From NCBI RefSeq assembly GCF_964204645.1, contig NC_134029.1, positions 13,480,850 to 13,544,849 of the forward strand: a DNA stretch of 64,000 nt, written 5' to 3'. Of the stretch, positions 34,824 to 48,396 are shown piece after piece; within the stretch, counting starts at the first letter, position 1; every line of letters starts with the position of its first letter. The position numbers and the translations under genes are program-made. Below the pieces are notes generated by a model. The model was not told the origin of the DNA and made no database searches. It saw only the letters and a list, made by a program, of their open reading frames with translations. This DNA comes from Tubulanus polymorphus (Eukaryota > Animalia > Nemertea).

Positions 34824-36228
34824 AACAAGGCAATTCGTACTACGTATCTATGTCCCCCGCGATAGCCACTAGGGAATGAATGACCCCTGAAGTCACTGAT
34901 CTTTGGAATAGAAAAATGATGAGTGTATCCAGGGATAACCATACTATGAAATATCATTTTCCTGTTATGAATGGTTATTTAAGAATGAGTTTACACGGTT
35001 TTAGGCAAAAGACGTCTACCAACCTTGACCTTTGACCCTAGAACTCCAAAATCACTAATGCACATCCTCTCCCCAGGGGTAATCATACTATGAAATAGCA
35101 TTGTTCTGTTATCAATGGTTTTTCTTGAATCGTGTTTACAAGGTTTCATATGAATGATATCTAGTGACCTTGCCCTTTTTCCCCAAAATCAATTGGGCAC
35201 ATCCTCTCCCTAGGGGTAATCATGCGATGTAACATCATTATATTGCTATCAACAGTTCTTTCTGAATCACATTCACGACACAGGGTTTCACATCAATGAC
35301 CTGAAGTGACCTTGACCTTTGATCCTTGGAGCCCAGAATCAATAGGGCACATCCTCTCCATAAGGTAATCATAATACGTAATATCATGGTCCTGCTATCA
35401 ACGGTTCTTCTTGAATGACGTTCACAAGGTTTCACATGAATGACTTGTAGTGACCCTGACCTTTGGTCCTTGGACCCCAAAATCAATAGTGCACAGCATC
35501 TCACTAGGGGTAATGATACTACGTAATATCATGGTCCTGCTATCGACGGTTCTTCTTGAATCACGTTCACAAGGTTTTACATGAATGACCTGTAGTGACC
35601 TTGACCTTTGATCCTTGGACCCCAGAATCAATAGGGCACATCCTTTCCCTAGGGGTAATCATACTACGTAATATCATGGTCCTGCTATCAACGGTTCTTC
35701 TTGAATGACGTTCACAAGGTTTCACATAAATGACCTGTAGTGACCTTGACCTTTGATCCTTGGACCCCAAAATCAATAGGGCACATCCTCTCCCTAGGGG
35801 TAATCATACTACGTAATAACATCGTCCTGCTATAGACGGTTCTTCTTGAATCACGTTCACAAGGTTTTACATGAATGACCTGTAGTGACCTTGACCTTTG
35901 GTCCTTGGACCCCAAAATCAATAGGGCACATCCTCTCCCTAGGGGTAATCATACTACGTAATATCATGGTCCTGCTAACAACGGTTCTTCTTGAATGACG
36001 TTCACAAGGTTTTACATGAATGACCAATAGTGACGTTGACCTTTGGTCCTTGGACCCCAAAATCAATAGGGCTCATCCTCTCCCTAGGGGTAATTATACT
36101 GTGTTATATCATAGTCCTGCAATCTACGGTTCTTCTTGAATCGCGTTCACAAGCTCATGCGGACGGACGGCCAGACCGGTGGATACCAAGTCCCCAGCTC
36201 GCGGCCTACGTCGCGCGGGGGACAATAA
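34824..36228. mobile_element. Helentron-associated non-autonomous element (HINE/DINE-like) with an internal 145-bp satellite
   Basis: Subterminal IR tgtcccccgcg (34851) / cgcgggggaca (36214), about 8 units of 145 bp with tgaccttgacctttg, a ggacggacgg microsatellite and a 3' hairpin. Confidence 0.75.
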
Positions 36229-36319
36229 GCTTCGAATAATTGGAAAATGACGTTTTCAGGCCAGAGGACAAGAGGACGACACATCACTCATCACCACAAG
36301 TAATTTTCCCCCCTGATAA

Positions 36320-36613
36320 ATGGGAGATAGAAAAGCATTCTTAGCGACAATAAATAACAGAATAAAACCAGCAAAAAAACAATTTGAAATAAAAAAGTTA
36401 GTCGATGTTACAAAAGAAATTGAACATAAAATATTAAAATTAGAAAAGATAAGAACTAAATATGGAGATAAAATATCAGCAAATTTAAGTTACTGTTACG
36501 TTAGTACAACGCGAGAATTTAAAATATTTTTACCTGATAAATGGGTTTCATTGAGTAATGAGGAATTAAAAGATTTAGAAGGATTTAAAATAATCTATCA
36601 TGGAAAAAAATGA
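36320..36613 (+). CDS. Small Polinton-like protein, possible OB-fold ssDNA-binding protein
   Basis: AT-rich, TAAATG start, IRTKYGDKI...FKIFLP motif. Confidence 0.4.
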   Translation: MGDRKAFLATINNRIKPAKKQFEIKKLVDVTKEIEHKILKLEKIRTKYGDKISANLSYCYVSTTREFKIFLPDKWVSLSNEELKDLEGFKIIYHGKK

Positions 36614-38308
36614 AGACGGTCATCATGATTTAGAAATTGTTGACTTAATAAAAAAACAAAAATAAATTAAACTAGAAAATTAATTTTAATAAATTAATTG
36701 ACGCCTGCGAAAAAAATGTAGAATTTCTGGGATAAGCTAATGTAAAATTGCAAATTTGAAATCGAAGTTTTAAGAAATTTGGGGAGTTATGAGTTTTGGC
36801 GATTGGGTAGATGATACAGGTCTTCGACTGGTCTAATCAAAAAAAAAAAATTGTCAACTTGTGGCCGACTTCGATTCACTTTTGCCGCAAAGCTGGCTTG
36901 CAACTTCATTGCAACTTCATGCTTGAAGAAAGAGCTCTTCTGAGGTCTGCTTCATCATGACTTCGAGCGTATCGTGTAGCCAGCCGGCCCGGTCCACGGG
37001 GCCCGGTTTGGTTGTCACTCGATATCCTAGTCTTGAGTCTGGGTCGAAGTAGACATTGTCATTTGAATTACTTATTCATGTTAATCTGTATGAATTACCC
37101 ATGTGTCTTGTATTTCCTTATTCTAAAATGTGTAACTTTATTGAATTTGGGAATTTTATCCCGGAATTCCATTGTATTAAGGATCAATAAAGAATCGAAT
37201 TGAAGTCACCTAATACACATGCCATCAGTGGATGTGGAGCCGTATATGACAGCTATGCTATAATAAATTGCTAATCTCATGAAACCTGCATACCCCTAAT
37301 ATCGAAAATATTTTCTAAAACATTTGAATATTGAAATTATATGTTTACACGTATCTATATTGACCGCTTGTAGCCGCCGATGAAATTCACGCCGGCCCAA
37401 CATAGATCGTAGATAGCTTCGTCATTCCACCAGCATCCCCATGTAAGGGTCTGACTTTTATATCAGACTTCCAAATCGTGTATACATCCGCCATTTAACC
37501 GAATAATCCGATTTACTTATCATTTCTATATATGCCTGCCGCTTCTGATATAATCATACATCCTTTACTATAACAATACGTCTTCTCATGATATGCTATG
37601 CAATATAACATTTTGACGTTCAAATAGAGGTCATTATATAATCACAGGAAGCCATTCTACGTCGTTGTCAATAATATTTTGCCAAAATAGCTTGTATGTG
37701 TACACATATACTTGTGACGTTTTGCACATCGATTTACGGTTGTCGTTTGAAAAATGACGCTGAATGGTTAAAATTGTTTAGGTTTCATAATGGTAACGTT
37801 TTATAAGGCGTCAAAAAAATAAATTAATGAAATGATAAATATCCAATCCATTTATTTAATTCAGTCATAACTAAATAATCATTTTTTAAATCGGAATATA
37901 ATCTATTTTCATCTTCAATTGGTAGCATATAATTACATAATTTACTATAACCATTTATAATACATTTTCTGATATCGCATCATTAATTCTAGCTATTCTC
38001 GCAGTTTCATAAATCTTAAATAATTTCGTCTGATTTCATTGTATCTAATTCATTATAAGTTAAATTTTTACTAATGAAACTTTTACATTTTCCGGATGCT
38101 ATTATTATTTCTAAGTGATGTTTGCAATAAAGATAATATTCATAATTATTATTTGTAGTAATATCATTTAAAGCACCAATATTATCTGGTGTTAATTTTG
38201 TTTCTGTTAATTTTGTTTCTGTTATAGCTAAATCATCCAAAGTTTTTTCGATTGGAACATCACTATTTTTAGATTTCATTTTCTTTTCACCTCCAATTTT
38301 TATAAAAA

Positions 38309-39210
38309 AACAAGAGCCCCAAGGGGCACTATGGCCAGCCTGTCAGATTTTCATAAAATGGCAACTGATGATGCATTCTGTGGGTAAAATTTGCCAAAAT
38401 ACACTCCCAGCTCAGAGTCAATATCTAATAATTTACACCATACAATCGTAGAATACAAAAGTAGCACAGACAGCGACTGGATCTGGCAGGAAAAAATACC
38501 TCAGATAAATCTTTTCCCTTGGTCTTATTGATTTTAATGCGGAATAAAATTGAATATTCAATAAAACAAAATTGAATTGGATTTGATGTTTTTATTTCTT
38601 TAATAAAGTAAAATTGAATTGGATTTGATATTTTTGTGCAGAATAAAATTTGATTTTAAATTTGAATTTGAATTTGAATTTGTAGTTTGAGCACTTGGCT
38701 AATTTGCATATCAAGGTCATCTATCCGATTTGAGAAAAAGCAATTTTTCCCGGACTTTGTACAATGGTCAATGATATTTTCTGTAGTGCTAATAAAGATA
38801 TTCCTCCCAAAAACCAAATTATCTAAAAGCTTTCACAGAAATCGATCTTGAAATACAATTTTAGATCTTAAGATAAAACCCGGAAGTAAAACGGTAGACG
38901 ATACCGCGGGTTCACGTGAACACCTGCTGATTTCTAAGCCAATCATAGAGGAGTCTTTGCTTTCTGATTGGCTTTTCAAAACCAATATTTTTGCGATCAG
39001 ATATTCGCGAAAAAGCCCATATAAATTTTAACGAGGCCCTCTTTCAAAATTCAGCTACGTAGAGTTTGGAAAATTGATAATGCTTTAATGAATGATCTGT
39101 ATGAATATATGCCCAGTTGCACATTCAAAGAGCCTTTGCTCTGGAAACCATGTCATTTAAATTCGCTCTATTTGTATAGTAATAGGCTCAGCCTACGGCT
39201 GGCCTAAAAA
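38309..39210. mobile_element. Helentron-associated non-autonomous element inserted in Polinton C
   Basis: Starts aacaagagccccaaggggc..tggccagcc and ends with hairpin aggctcagcctacggctggcctaaaaa; sits in an A-run. Confidence 0.6.
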
Positions 39211-39329
39211 TTACTTGTGTTGTTGCAACTAGAATTCAACTAGAATTTAACTTAAAATAAACGAGATTAACAAGCTAGTTGAAATTAAATAAATTCATAT
39301 TTAACTGGGAGTTGTAATCGAAATAGTAA

Positions 39330-39887
39330 TTTTGATCTTTTATTATTTTTCAATTTATCCATATATTCAATATCTAAATCATGTGAAATAATATCATTTT
39401 CCTCAAGCGCATTTTTCATTGATTTCCTATCTTTATTGTAGAATAATACTAAAAATCTAATGTTTTCTCTAAAATCTTTAACAATTGAATTGTATTTTTG
39501 ATTTAAAACCCACGTTGTTATCCCAAAATGTCTACCAGAAAAAGCTAAATAACATAATTCACTTTCTCTAACTTTTGAATCATGTAAATTAGCACAATCA
39601 TGTATAATGAATAATGTTTTTGTTCCTTTATAAATATCAATTGCTATTTTTATACAATTATCTAAATTTTCTTTAACTGTTTTAGGATCTAATACAATAA
39701 ATTTATAATATTTCTATCATAAGTTTGATTAAATTCATACGTTGGGCAGAATAATACTATATTATCAAAATAGTTTTTATAAACAGTTTCTAATAAATTG
39801 AATATTTAATAAGTTTTTCCACAATTTGTTACACCAGAAATTAACATATTATGAGGTTCAAATATCAATAATTACTTATTTATTCAT
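39330..39887 (-). pseudogene. Packaging ATPase, decayed copy
   Basis: Nucleotide homology to 19256-19870 with multiple indels. Confidence 0.8.
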
Positions 39888-40024
39888 ATATATTTAATTT
39901 TACTTGATAATATCCATTGGCGCGATATATATTTTGCAAAAGAATAAGCAACCGAACTCTCAGGGTTATAATATAAATATCTTAAATATTGTTCTTTAGT
40001 ATTATGAGTTTTTTTATCCCCCAT
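39884..40024 (-). pseudogene. Integrase remnant: N-terminus fused to the chromodomain tail
   Basis: MGDKKTHNTKEQYLRYLYYNPESSVAYS...QWILSSKIKYI*. Confidence 0.7.
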
Positions 40025-40054
40025 TTATATAACTTTAATTTTAACTTTATTTTC

Positions 40055-41302
40055 CTAATATTGAATACTATCTAATTGAGAATTTATAATATTTAATTGC
40101 GCGTCAGATAAAACATAAATATGCATTTTATGATTTAAACCTCCTTTTTTCTTTTTCAAGAATAATTGCATTCCATCTTTTGTATTTTGAAATTTTTTTC
40201 TCCCAGAACCATGTAATGAGTTATCTTCACTTGTTCTAAAATCTAACCATAATGCATATTTATTGCCGATATAATAATCAATTTGATTAATATTACAATC
40301 TTCAGATGATTTTTCATTTATAAAATGTTTTTTTAATATCTACCCATTGATTTATCATTCTCATTCCCTGACAAAAAATTGTATTTGCTATACCTTCAAT
40401 TGTTATTTATATTTTTGATATTTCAGGATTATAATAATTATCTACTTTTAGTGCACCATTAGAATATGTTGCAATGGTAAAAAATATTAATATACCTTTA
40501 ATAGATCTTCTTGGGAAGTTAATATTCTCATTAATTATTTCATCATTTGCATTAATAGTTACAGTTTTAATTTTATCAATATAATCATATAATAATGAAA
40601 ATCCTTGATTACATTGAGTTTGAATTGTGTTAGCAATATTTTCATCAGTTACTGTGTCATATTCTAAACATTTATTTGATTATTTATATATAACCCATAT
40701 CTTTAACAACGCTAGATAATACAATTTCATTAACAGGAGCAAATGTTACTTCGAATATAGTATTTTCTTGAATTGCATATTTATATAAAGGTGCATTATT
40801 ATTTATCAATTCAAAGTCTAATGGAATTAAATATTTGCATCCATAAACCTTTTTTATTAAATTATCTACGTCATTAGTTACTACTGCATTATGCGCTTCA
40901 GATCTTAATTTATTTTGGTTTTCTGATTGGATGCCTTGAAATATCATATTTCTATTATCTTTTGTTAACCATAAATCTTTATAATGCGTAAATAAATTAT
41001 AATCATCTAATGAAAAAACTGATTCTGGTCCAATCTTTATAATTATTTTTTAATTAAATATCTTCCAACATTATCTACATTATCTCGACATAATTATTAT
41101 TATTACCAGTTACTTTTATATCAGCTGATAAATAAATACTATTTGGAACATAAAAAGTATTTTGTGTAAATTGAGGAATTCTAACATATAAAGTTTCATC
41201 AGGATTTATATTAGATGGATTATGAGTATGCTGGGATCTTTCTGCTTTAATTGCATTAGATATTCAAGAATTCTTAGAATGATTTATATAACTCCCACTC
41301 AT
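40055..41302 (-). pseudogene. Major capsid protein, decayed copy
   Basis: Full-length homology to 16133-17380 with several indels. Confidence 0.85.
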
Positions 41303-41349
41303 TTATTTAAAAAAACAATTACTTGTTTATTTTTCATCATATTCACTTA

Positions 41350-42720
41350 TTCAAAAATAACAACTGTAATTAAAAATAAAATAATATGTTCAGCAGCAAA
41401 ACTAATGTGATTTCCAGCAGACTTTAAAACAAATTTAACAATTAACGCAATAATTCCAGGTTAAGCTGCAGCAGATTTTTTAGATAGTTCCCATAAATAT
41501 TTTACTAATTTTTTCAAACCATCTTTAACTTTATCTTGTATAGAATTATTATCATTTGGTGGTTTAGGACTTGGTGTAGATTTTAAAGAATTCGATATTG
41601 CTAAACCTATTGTTGTAAAAACCATAGTTACAGCTGTTAGAATTGAAAGAATTGTTATACCTTCTAGTTTAAATAATAATTCTATTCTTTCTTGCAATGA
41701 TATTTCAGAATCTGGTTTTATCAACGAATTTTTAAAAATAACTTTTAATCTATTAATATTATTAGCATATTTTTTCATTAATTCATTTTTTTTCTTTTTC
41801 CTGTACTTCTAAATTATTTTTTACATTATCAATTTCTTTTTCTAAATATGCATTTCTTTTTTTAAATTCATTTTCTTCAATATTTTTATTATTTCTATCT
41901 AACTTTAATTGTTCTAATTCTTCATTTGCTTTAGATAATTTATCTTCTAAAGATTTAATTTTTGATTTCTTATCATTCTATCGTATGCAATTTTATCAGA
42001 TGGAAGTTTTACACCTTTAATATATCTAATTTCTTCATCAGAAAATATATTTAAATCTTCTATTCTTGATCTTTTGCATCAAGTAACCCATTTTGTAAAA
42101 GTTTTTTTTCAGTTTGAACTTCGGTTGATTAAAGTTTACTAGTTTTGGAAGTTATATTCTGTTCAGAAGTTGTTTCTGTTTCTGAATTACTATTGATTAT
42201 CTTTTTAAATTCATCATTTCTTCGATTAAATTCTCTTTTATTTAGAATTACCTCTTGTTCTGTAATATAAGTTATAACATCATAATTGATTTTATTAATT
42301 CTAGGTAATTCTATTTTAGGATTTGTTATTATTTTATCATAACTTTTATTAGAAGATAACTTAAAATAATAGTCATCTTTCAAATGCCAATAAAAATCTC
42401 CATTTGGTTCTTTCAAATCTTTTACTAGATAATTCATACCTTTATCAGTTATATTGAGCCCAGAATTTTTTAATATTGGTTTAAACTTTTCAATTAATTC
42501 TTCATATTCTAATTCTTTTTTATTAAATCTGGATTTTCATTTTCAATATCCAATCTTGAACCTGCTTTACTACCATATTCATTAGTATCAGGTCTTGCTG
42601 AATTAGAATTATATGCTGTTTCATTATCGTTACTAAAACTTGTTTCACTAAATTTGGGTTGTGGTTCATCGGTTATTCGAGATTCATCGAAAGTACCCAT
42701 ATCATAATCTTCTACACCTT
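41350..42720 (-). pseudogene. Large coiled-coil/membrane protein gene upstream of MCP (decayed)
   Basis: ORF pieces 42509-42766, 42129-42437 and 41461-41778; C-terminus homologous to 15660-16108. Confidence 0.65.
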
Positions 42721-45039
42721 CGATTAATATAATAAAAAAATTAAAATTTGAAATATAATATTCCACCTATTACAATTCCTATACAAGTTATAGCTAATTT
42801 AGTATTTTCATGTGATTTATTATCATTATTAGTTTTAATTATATCATGCTGGATATTATCAGTTTTTATATTTTCTGATGTATTGTAATCACCTTCCACC
42901 TTCACCTTAGTTTTGAAGCAGAAATAATTCTTTTACTTATATCATTTAATCCAAACTTATTATTTATTGTTGCACTTTTAATTAAATTATTGTAACCAAT
43001 AATATTTCCCCTTTTGTAATATTTAATCATCAGAAATAATTATTATCTAGGGCCTATACAATTAAATCTAATATGTGATTCATCTAAATAATTTTGACAT
43101 CTTACTATATTTTCTGGAATCGATAATTATTTTTACCATAATGAATAGAATCTTCAAATAAAACTTTAAATTGTTTCTGTGCATCAAATTAAGTATTATC
43201 ATTTCCTATTGGTGATCTTGTTTCAACCTGTGATCCTAATATACAAATCAAATATATTCTAATGGATGATTTATTCTTTGTATTCCAGACTTGGTAAATC
43301 CTTTACTATCTTCTAAAATTTTCCCAACCATTATTATTTTGTTGTTGTGTATTATTATAATATTTTGGTAATTCATTCCAATTTAGTGTTCTTACATCTG
43401 AATTTGTTATTATTTTACCAAATTCTTTAGTATATAAAATTCCTAATCCACCCATTGTACCAATTTTTTGCTCTAAAATCATTATTTTGAATTATTATTA
43501 AATTCATTACATATTTTATAAAACTTAGAAAAATTAATATTAATTTAAGAAGTCTAAAAAGTGATAGTATTAATGGTAAACTTGGTTTATTTAAATGATC
43601 ATTCCAACTTATACCACACCCTTGTTGCGCAATAAACTGCAAAATTAAATTGGTCCTGCCAATACTTCATGTAAGATTTTAATAACCATTGTTTTGCCTC
43701 ATTTAAATTTTCAAAATTAATTGTATATACATTAAATATATTTTCCATTTTAACAATCAAATTATTAGTTTCAGTAACATTAAATATCTCAATTAATTAA
43801 TGAATTTAAAACTAAATTTTTATATGAAATATTTTTATAAAAATAAATTGCTGGCATATTATATTTAATTGATTTATTATATTGGAAAGCTTTTGGAAAC
43901 CCCATTTATATAATAAAAAGAATTAATAATTTATTAATTCTTTTAATAATTTATTTTGTTTTTCAATTGTTATATTACCATTTAAACTAATAATATAATC
44001 TTGTGTATTTTTCAATTTATTAATTTCTTTTATATAAGATTTAATTTTTTCTTTATTACTTTTTATATTTAATTTTGAACTTATTCCGGTTAATACACTT
44101 GAACTTAAACCTAAAACGCCAATTGATATAGCTAAAGGTGTTAATGGACTGAATATTGCTAAAAATGTTATCACCGAACTAATTGTAACTGAACCACTAA
44201 TAATAAAATATATATTTTATATATTATAAAATATTTTTTCTTTTTAATTTTTAAATCATTTTCAAATTCTAATATTTGTTTTTCTAAATATATTTTTAAT
44301 TTAGTTTTATTTATATCATGAGGAATAATATTAACACCATCTTCCATTTATATTATGAAAAATTAGTAAATTTATATGCTACAAATATAAAAATAATTGT
44401 TCCACCTAAAATCCAAATTATTTCATATTGTAGTTGTTCTTTACTTGGGGTATAATAATCTGATAATTTCGGTTTATATAGATGTAATTTTTCACGATTT
44501 GTTACTGCGTTATATAAACTCATAGCATCATCAACTGACTTAAAATCTCTATGAGAAATATTTTGGTTATATAATTCTTTATTAATATAATCCATATAAT
44601 TATGTCTCTTTTCTCTATATTCTTCTGCAGCTTTATTATATTTCTCTAATGCTAAGAAATGTCTTTTTTGTTCTGATAATGAACCATTTTTATGAATATG
44701 TTTAAATAAATAACCACCACCTGGAAATGCTAAAGCGTTAACAATTGCCGATCCTATAATGGTTATAACTTCAGATGCAATTTATTTAATAAAAGAATTA
44801 CGCATTAATAAGAGGAATATATTTTTGTTTTTTCCAAATAATCAATTGTTAAATTAGATAGAGTAACTGCTAACGTTAATTTTAAAATATCATTGATATC
44901 GAATTTATCAACATTAATACTTCCCATTTTAAATACTTTTTTATATCATTGTATAACCAACAGTTCCAACTGATAGTAATGCTCCATTATATTAACCAGT
45001 TATCATCCACTTCTAATCCGCCATTTATTTAGAAAAAAA

Positions 45040-45378
45040 TTAATCTTCAAAATATTTAGTTATCTTATCTATAATTATTTCAACATTTATAATATTATTA
45101 GTTTCATTTTCATATATTTCAGTTATTATTTTTCTGATATCATCAATAATAAAATCTTCATCTACTTCATAAAATCTTGAAGAATTTCTAATTAAATCAG
45201 TAATCTTTTCTACATCATAAATTCCTTTATCTATTGTTGTTTCATAATAAAATGTTGTTTCATTGAAAAATGCAATATTTTTGATATGAGTTATAACATC
45301 ATTAATGTTACATTTCATTTCTTTCTCACGTTTAAAATCAAATCCCAAACATATACTCGGTCTTCTGTTATATTCATA
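45040..45378 (-). CDS. Small Polinton hypothetical protein
   Basis: Homolog at 56721-57071. Confidence 0.6.
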   Translation of the reverse strand, partial: YEYNRRPSICLGFDFKREKEMKCNINDVITHIKNIAFFNETTFYYETTIDKGIYDVEKITDLIRNSSRFYEVDEDFIIDDIRKIITEIYENETNNIINVEIIIDKITKYFED

Positions 45379-45380
45379 TT

Positions 45381-45409
<29 letters not shown>

Positions 45410-45411
<2 letters not shown>

Positions 45412-46176
45412 TACTGTTTACATCTTATAACTAATTCTTAAATTACAGGAAAATTATTTAAATCATTTAAAAGTAAAAATTATGATTTCTTAATTCTAAT
45501 TTAAAATTATTAAATCGTGGAATACAAGGCTTGAAATCACATTCAGCTAAATTATAATTCATTGTTTCATGCGTTCCAAACTGTTTCCAAACATTTTTTA
45601 ATGGTAAAATATTTAATATACTAGAATTACAAATTGTATCTTTAGTTGCTTCAAATGTTTTTATAGGATCAATTAAATTACAATAAATATAGAATTGTGT
45701 GTAAGGTATTAAGTTTGACCTACCTTCTACGCTTGCAGTAACAATATTTGTTTTAATTCCTAACATTTTAGCCATTGGTTTGTTTACCATATATTTATTT
45801 TGTTCATTAGCTAATTTTATTCTTATTTTATCAGAACTATCAATTTTAACAAATTTAATTTCAAACTTACTTGATGGGCCTATTTTTAAACGAGCTATTT
45901 TATTAATTTCTTGCGCTAATGATTCTAAATTATATAATCCTGGTTTAAGAACTAGATGAAACCATTTACTTTTATTTCTAATATAAATTGCAATACCTCT
46001 ATGTTCAATAGTTTTATCCGATATATTGTATGAGTTACATAAACTAATATTTACTAAATTGAAATCAACATTAATTCTTAAATTCTCTATCTAATTGTAC
46101 TAGTAAATTATGTGATTTGGAATTTATAAGTTTTCTAGAATCAACAAATATTCTATATTCTTTTAATTCAACCATT
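45410..46176 (-). pseudogene. Putative minor capsid protein (penton), decayed
   Basis: N-terminal IFVDSRKL; C-terminal FYIYCNLID..SSILNILPL..FKLELRN, typical of Polinton mCP. Confidence 0.55.
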
Positions 46177-46242
46177 ATTTCTAACGCAAAAAATTACTTC
46201 GAACCACTAAAAATTAATTTCTATAAAATTTTCCCTAAATAA

Positions 46243-47290
46243 ATGGACGAGAAGTTAGAATGTGAAATTTGTGGTGAACTTCATAGAAAAAGTAATATGG
46301 CTCGACGTATGAAAAAACATGATAAAAATTATAAACCCTCCAAAATAAACTGCCCAAATTGTATTAAATTATTCTCAAGAAATTATGTTAAAAAACATTC
46401 AGAGAAATTTAAAATTAATAACTTAATGGTTAATGTTGATAGTTACGAAAGTAATAATAATTCTGTTGAAACTGAACCTGAAATGATTTGGAAAAGACCT
46501 TTTTTATTTTATGACAAGAATAATATAAAGAATCATTTTTGTGAGCATTGTCGAATGAAATCTAGCCCTGAAAATATAGAAGATTGGGAGAATCATCAAT
46601 TTAAAAAAGCACATTTAGAAAAAAATTCTAATAAATTTGAAACAGAATTTAATGAAAGAAAAATTAATATATTAGAAAAAAATAAAATATAAGAAAACGT
46701 TACGAGATAATAAAAAAACACTTGAAAAGTAAGAAAAACCATTTAATGAATTAATAAGAAAAACATATTATTGTAAATATTGTACATTGATTATTACAAC
46801 AATTAATTCAAATCTACCTAATAAAACATAAAGAAAACGTAAGAAAATACCAAGAAATTAATGTAGATCTATTACCAAGATATGATAGAAAAAAATGCCA
46901 CAATGTATCTATGAGGACTTAAGACAAGAAGATTCTGTGATATTTTGTAAAGAATGTGGATGGCAAAGAAATTTATGGGGTGATGAAAAAACTAGAGATT
47001 TTCTTATAGAACCAAAATTAAAATATCTAGATGAAATATTTAAAATATTTTCTATGGAAGATCATACACCGGAATATAAGCAATGGCTTGAAAAAATGAA
47101 AATAATAGAAAATAAAAGTGGTGAAATAACTAAGAAAGATATAATAAAAACAATCATTCCGTCAACATGTAACACAAAAGAAAAGAAAATGTATTTATAT
47201 TTATTATTAAACGATTATTATAAAAAACCTTAATTCACAAAAGAAGATATGGAAAATATAAAAGAAACATTCACAAAAACATTAAAATAT
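46243..47290 (+). pseudogene. Zinc-finger gene plus VLTF3-like gene, fragment C copies
   Basis: Homologous to 29235-30484; premature stops and a 3' truncation. Confidence 0.7.
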
Positions 47291-48396
47291 TGGATTCAAA
47301 TCCAATGAAGAAGCATTTTCTTAGATTATAAGTAAAAATCTTAGATTATTATTATCTTAAACTTAGATTATAAATAAATCCTCGCAAGCTCGAATTTATT
47401 TTAATTTTTTACTCACTCGCCCCTTCAACCTTTGATATGAACCCCTATTATCCCTATTACTCTTAAAATATTCATGTTTTAAAAGTGAGAGTAAAATTGT
47501 AACAGAATAATCTAGAAAATAAGATCAAATAGAGATTTCGAATGATAAAATATAATTTTTAACATAAAAAGTAACGAGTAGTAACGAGTAAAATAATTCA
47601 CATTTAAAACATTAAATATTTATATTTATATGCGTTAGATTCTTATTTTTAAACATAAAAAGTGTGAGTAATTAACGATTGAAATAATTCATATTTAAAA
47701 CAGCGAATATTTATTTTAAAATTAGAACTTTAGAAAAAGATAGAACTGATAAAAAAAAAGAAATAGAACAATTGAAATTAGATAGAGATAATTAAGTTAT
47801 TGAAGAAATTGATTTTTAAAAAAGAAATGCATATTTAGAAATGAAAAAGATGATTTAGAATAAAACATAGAATTTCAGAAAGAAGAAATTAAATTATTCT
47901 TAAAATCATATGATTATAATATTAATAGATTAAAAGTTATTTTCAAAGATTTGTTGATAAAACCAAATTCTGAAATATCATTAAAAGATAGAATAAGATT
48001 ATTATTTAAGTTAGAAGGTAAAACAATTCTTTCAATTCTAACAGCGGTAACTATGATATTTACAACAATTGGTTTAGCCATATCAAATTCACTGAAATCC
48101 ATACCAAATCCTAATAAACCGGATAAACCCCCAAATGATAATAATTCATTACAAGATAAAGAGAAAGATGGATTTAAAAAATTAGCAAAATATCTATGGG
48201 AACTATCTAAAAAATCTGCAGCAGCTTTACCCGGAGTTATAGCATCAATTGTTGGTTTTATATTGAAATCTGCAGGAAATATTCTTAACTTTGCTGCTGA
48301 ACATATTATTTTATTTTTAATTACAGTTGAAAGTGCAATTATTTTTGGTTAAGTGAATATGATAAAAAATAAATAATTAATTTTTTTGTTTAATAA

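Larger units (their letters stand above)
37835..47300. mobile_element. Polinton fragment C (heavily decayed, different gene order)
   Basis: Minus-strand series penton to MCP to integrase remnant to ATPase to 201-aa homolog; plus-strand ZnF and VLTF3-like genes. Confidence 0.85.

Noticed and set aside
35238-36239. Series of similar 69-88 aa ORFs
   Set aside because: These are translations of the 145-bp satellite, not genes.
37350-37455. GC-rich structured segment, possible ribozyme or SINE (also 29005-29135 and 53810-53860)
   Set aside because: I could not fit a hammerhead, HDV or twister core or tRNA A/B boxes by eye; a covariance-model search would be needed.
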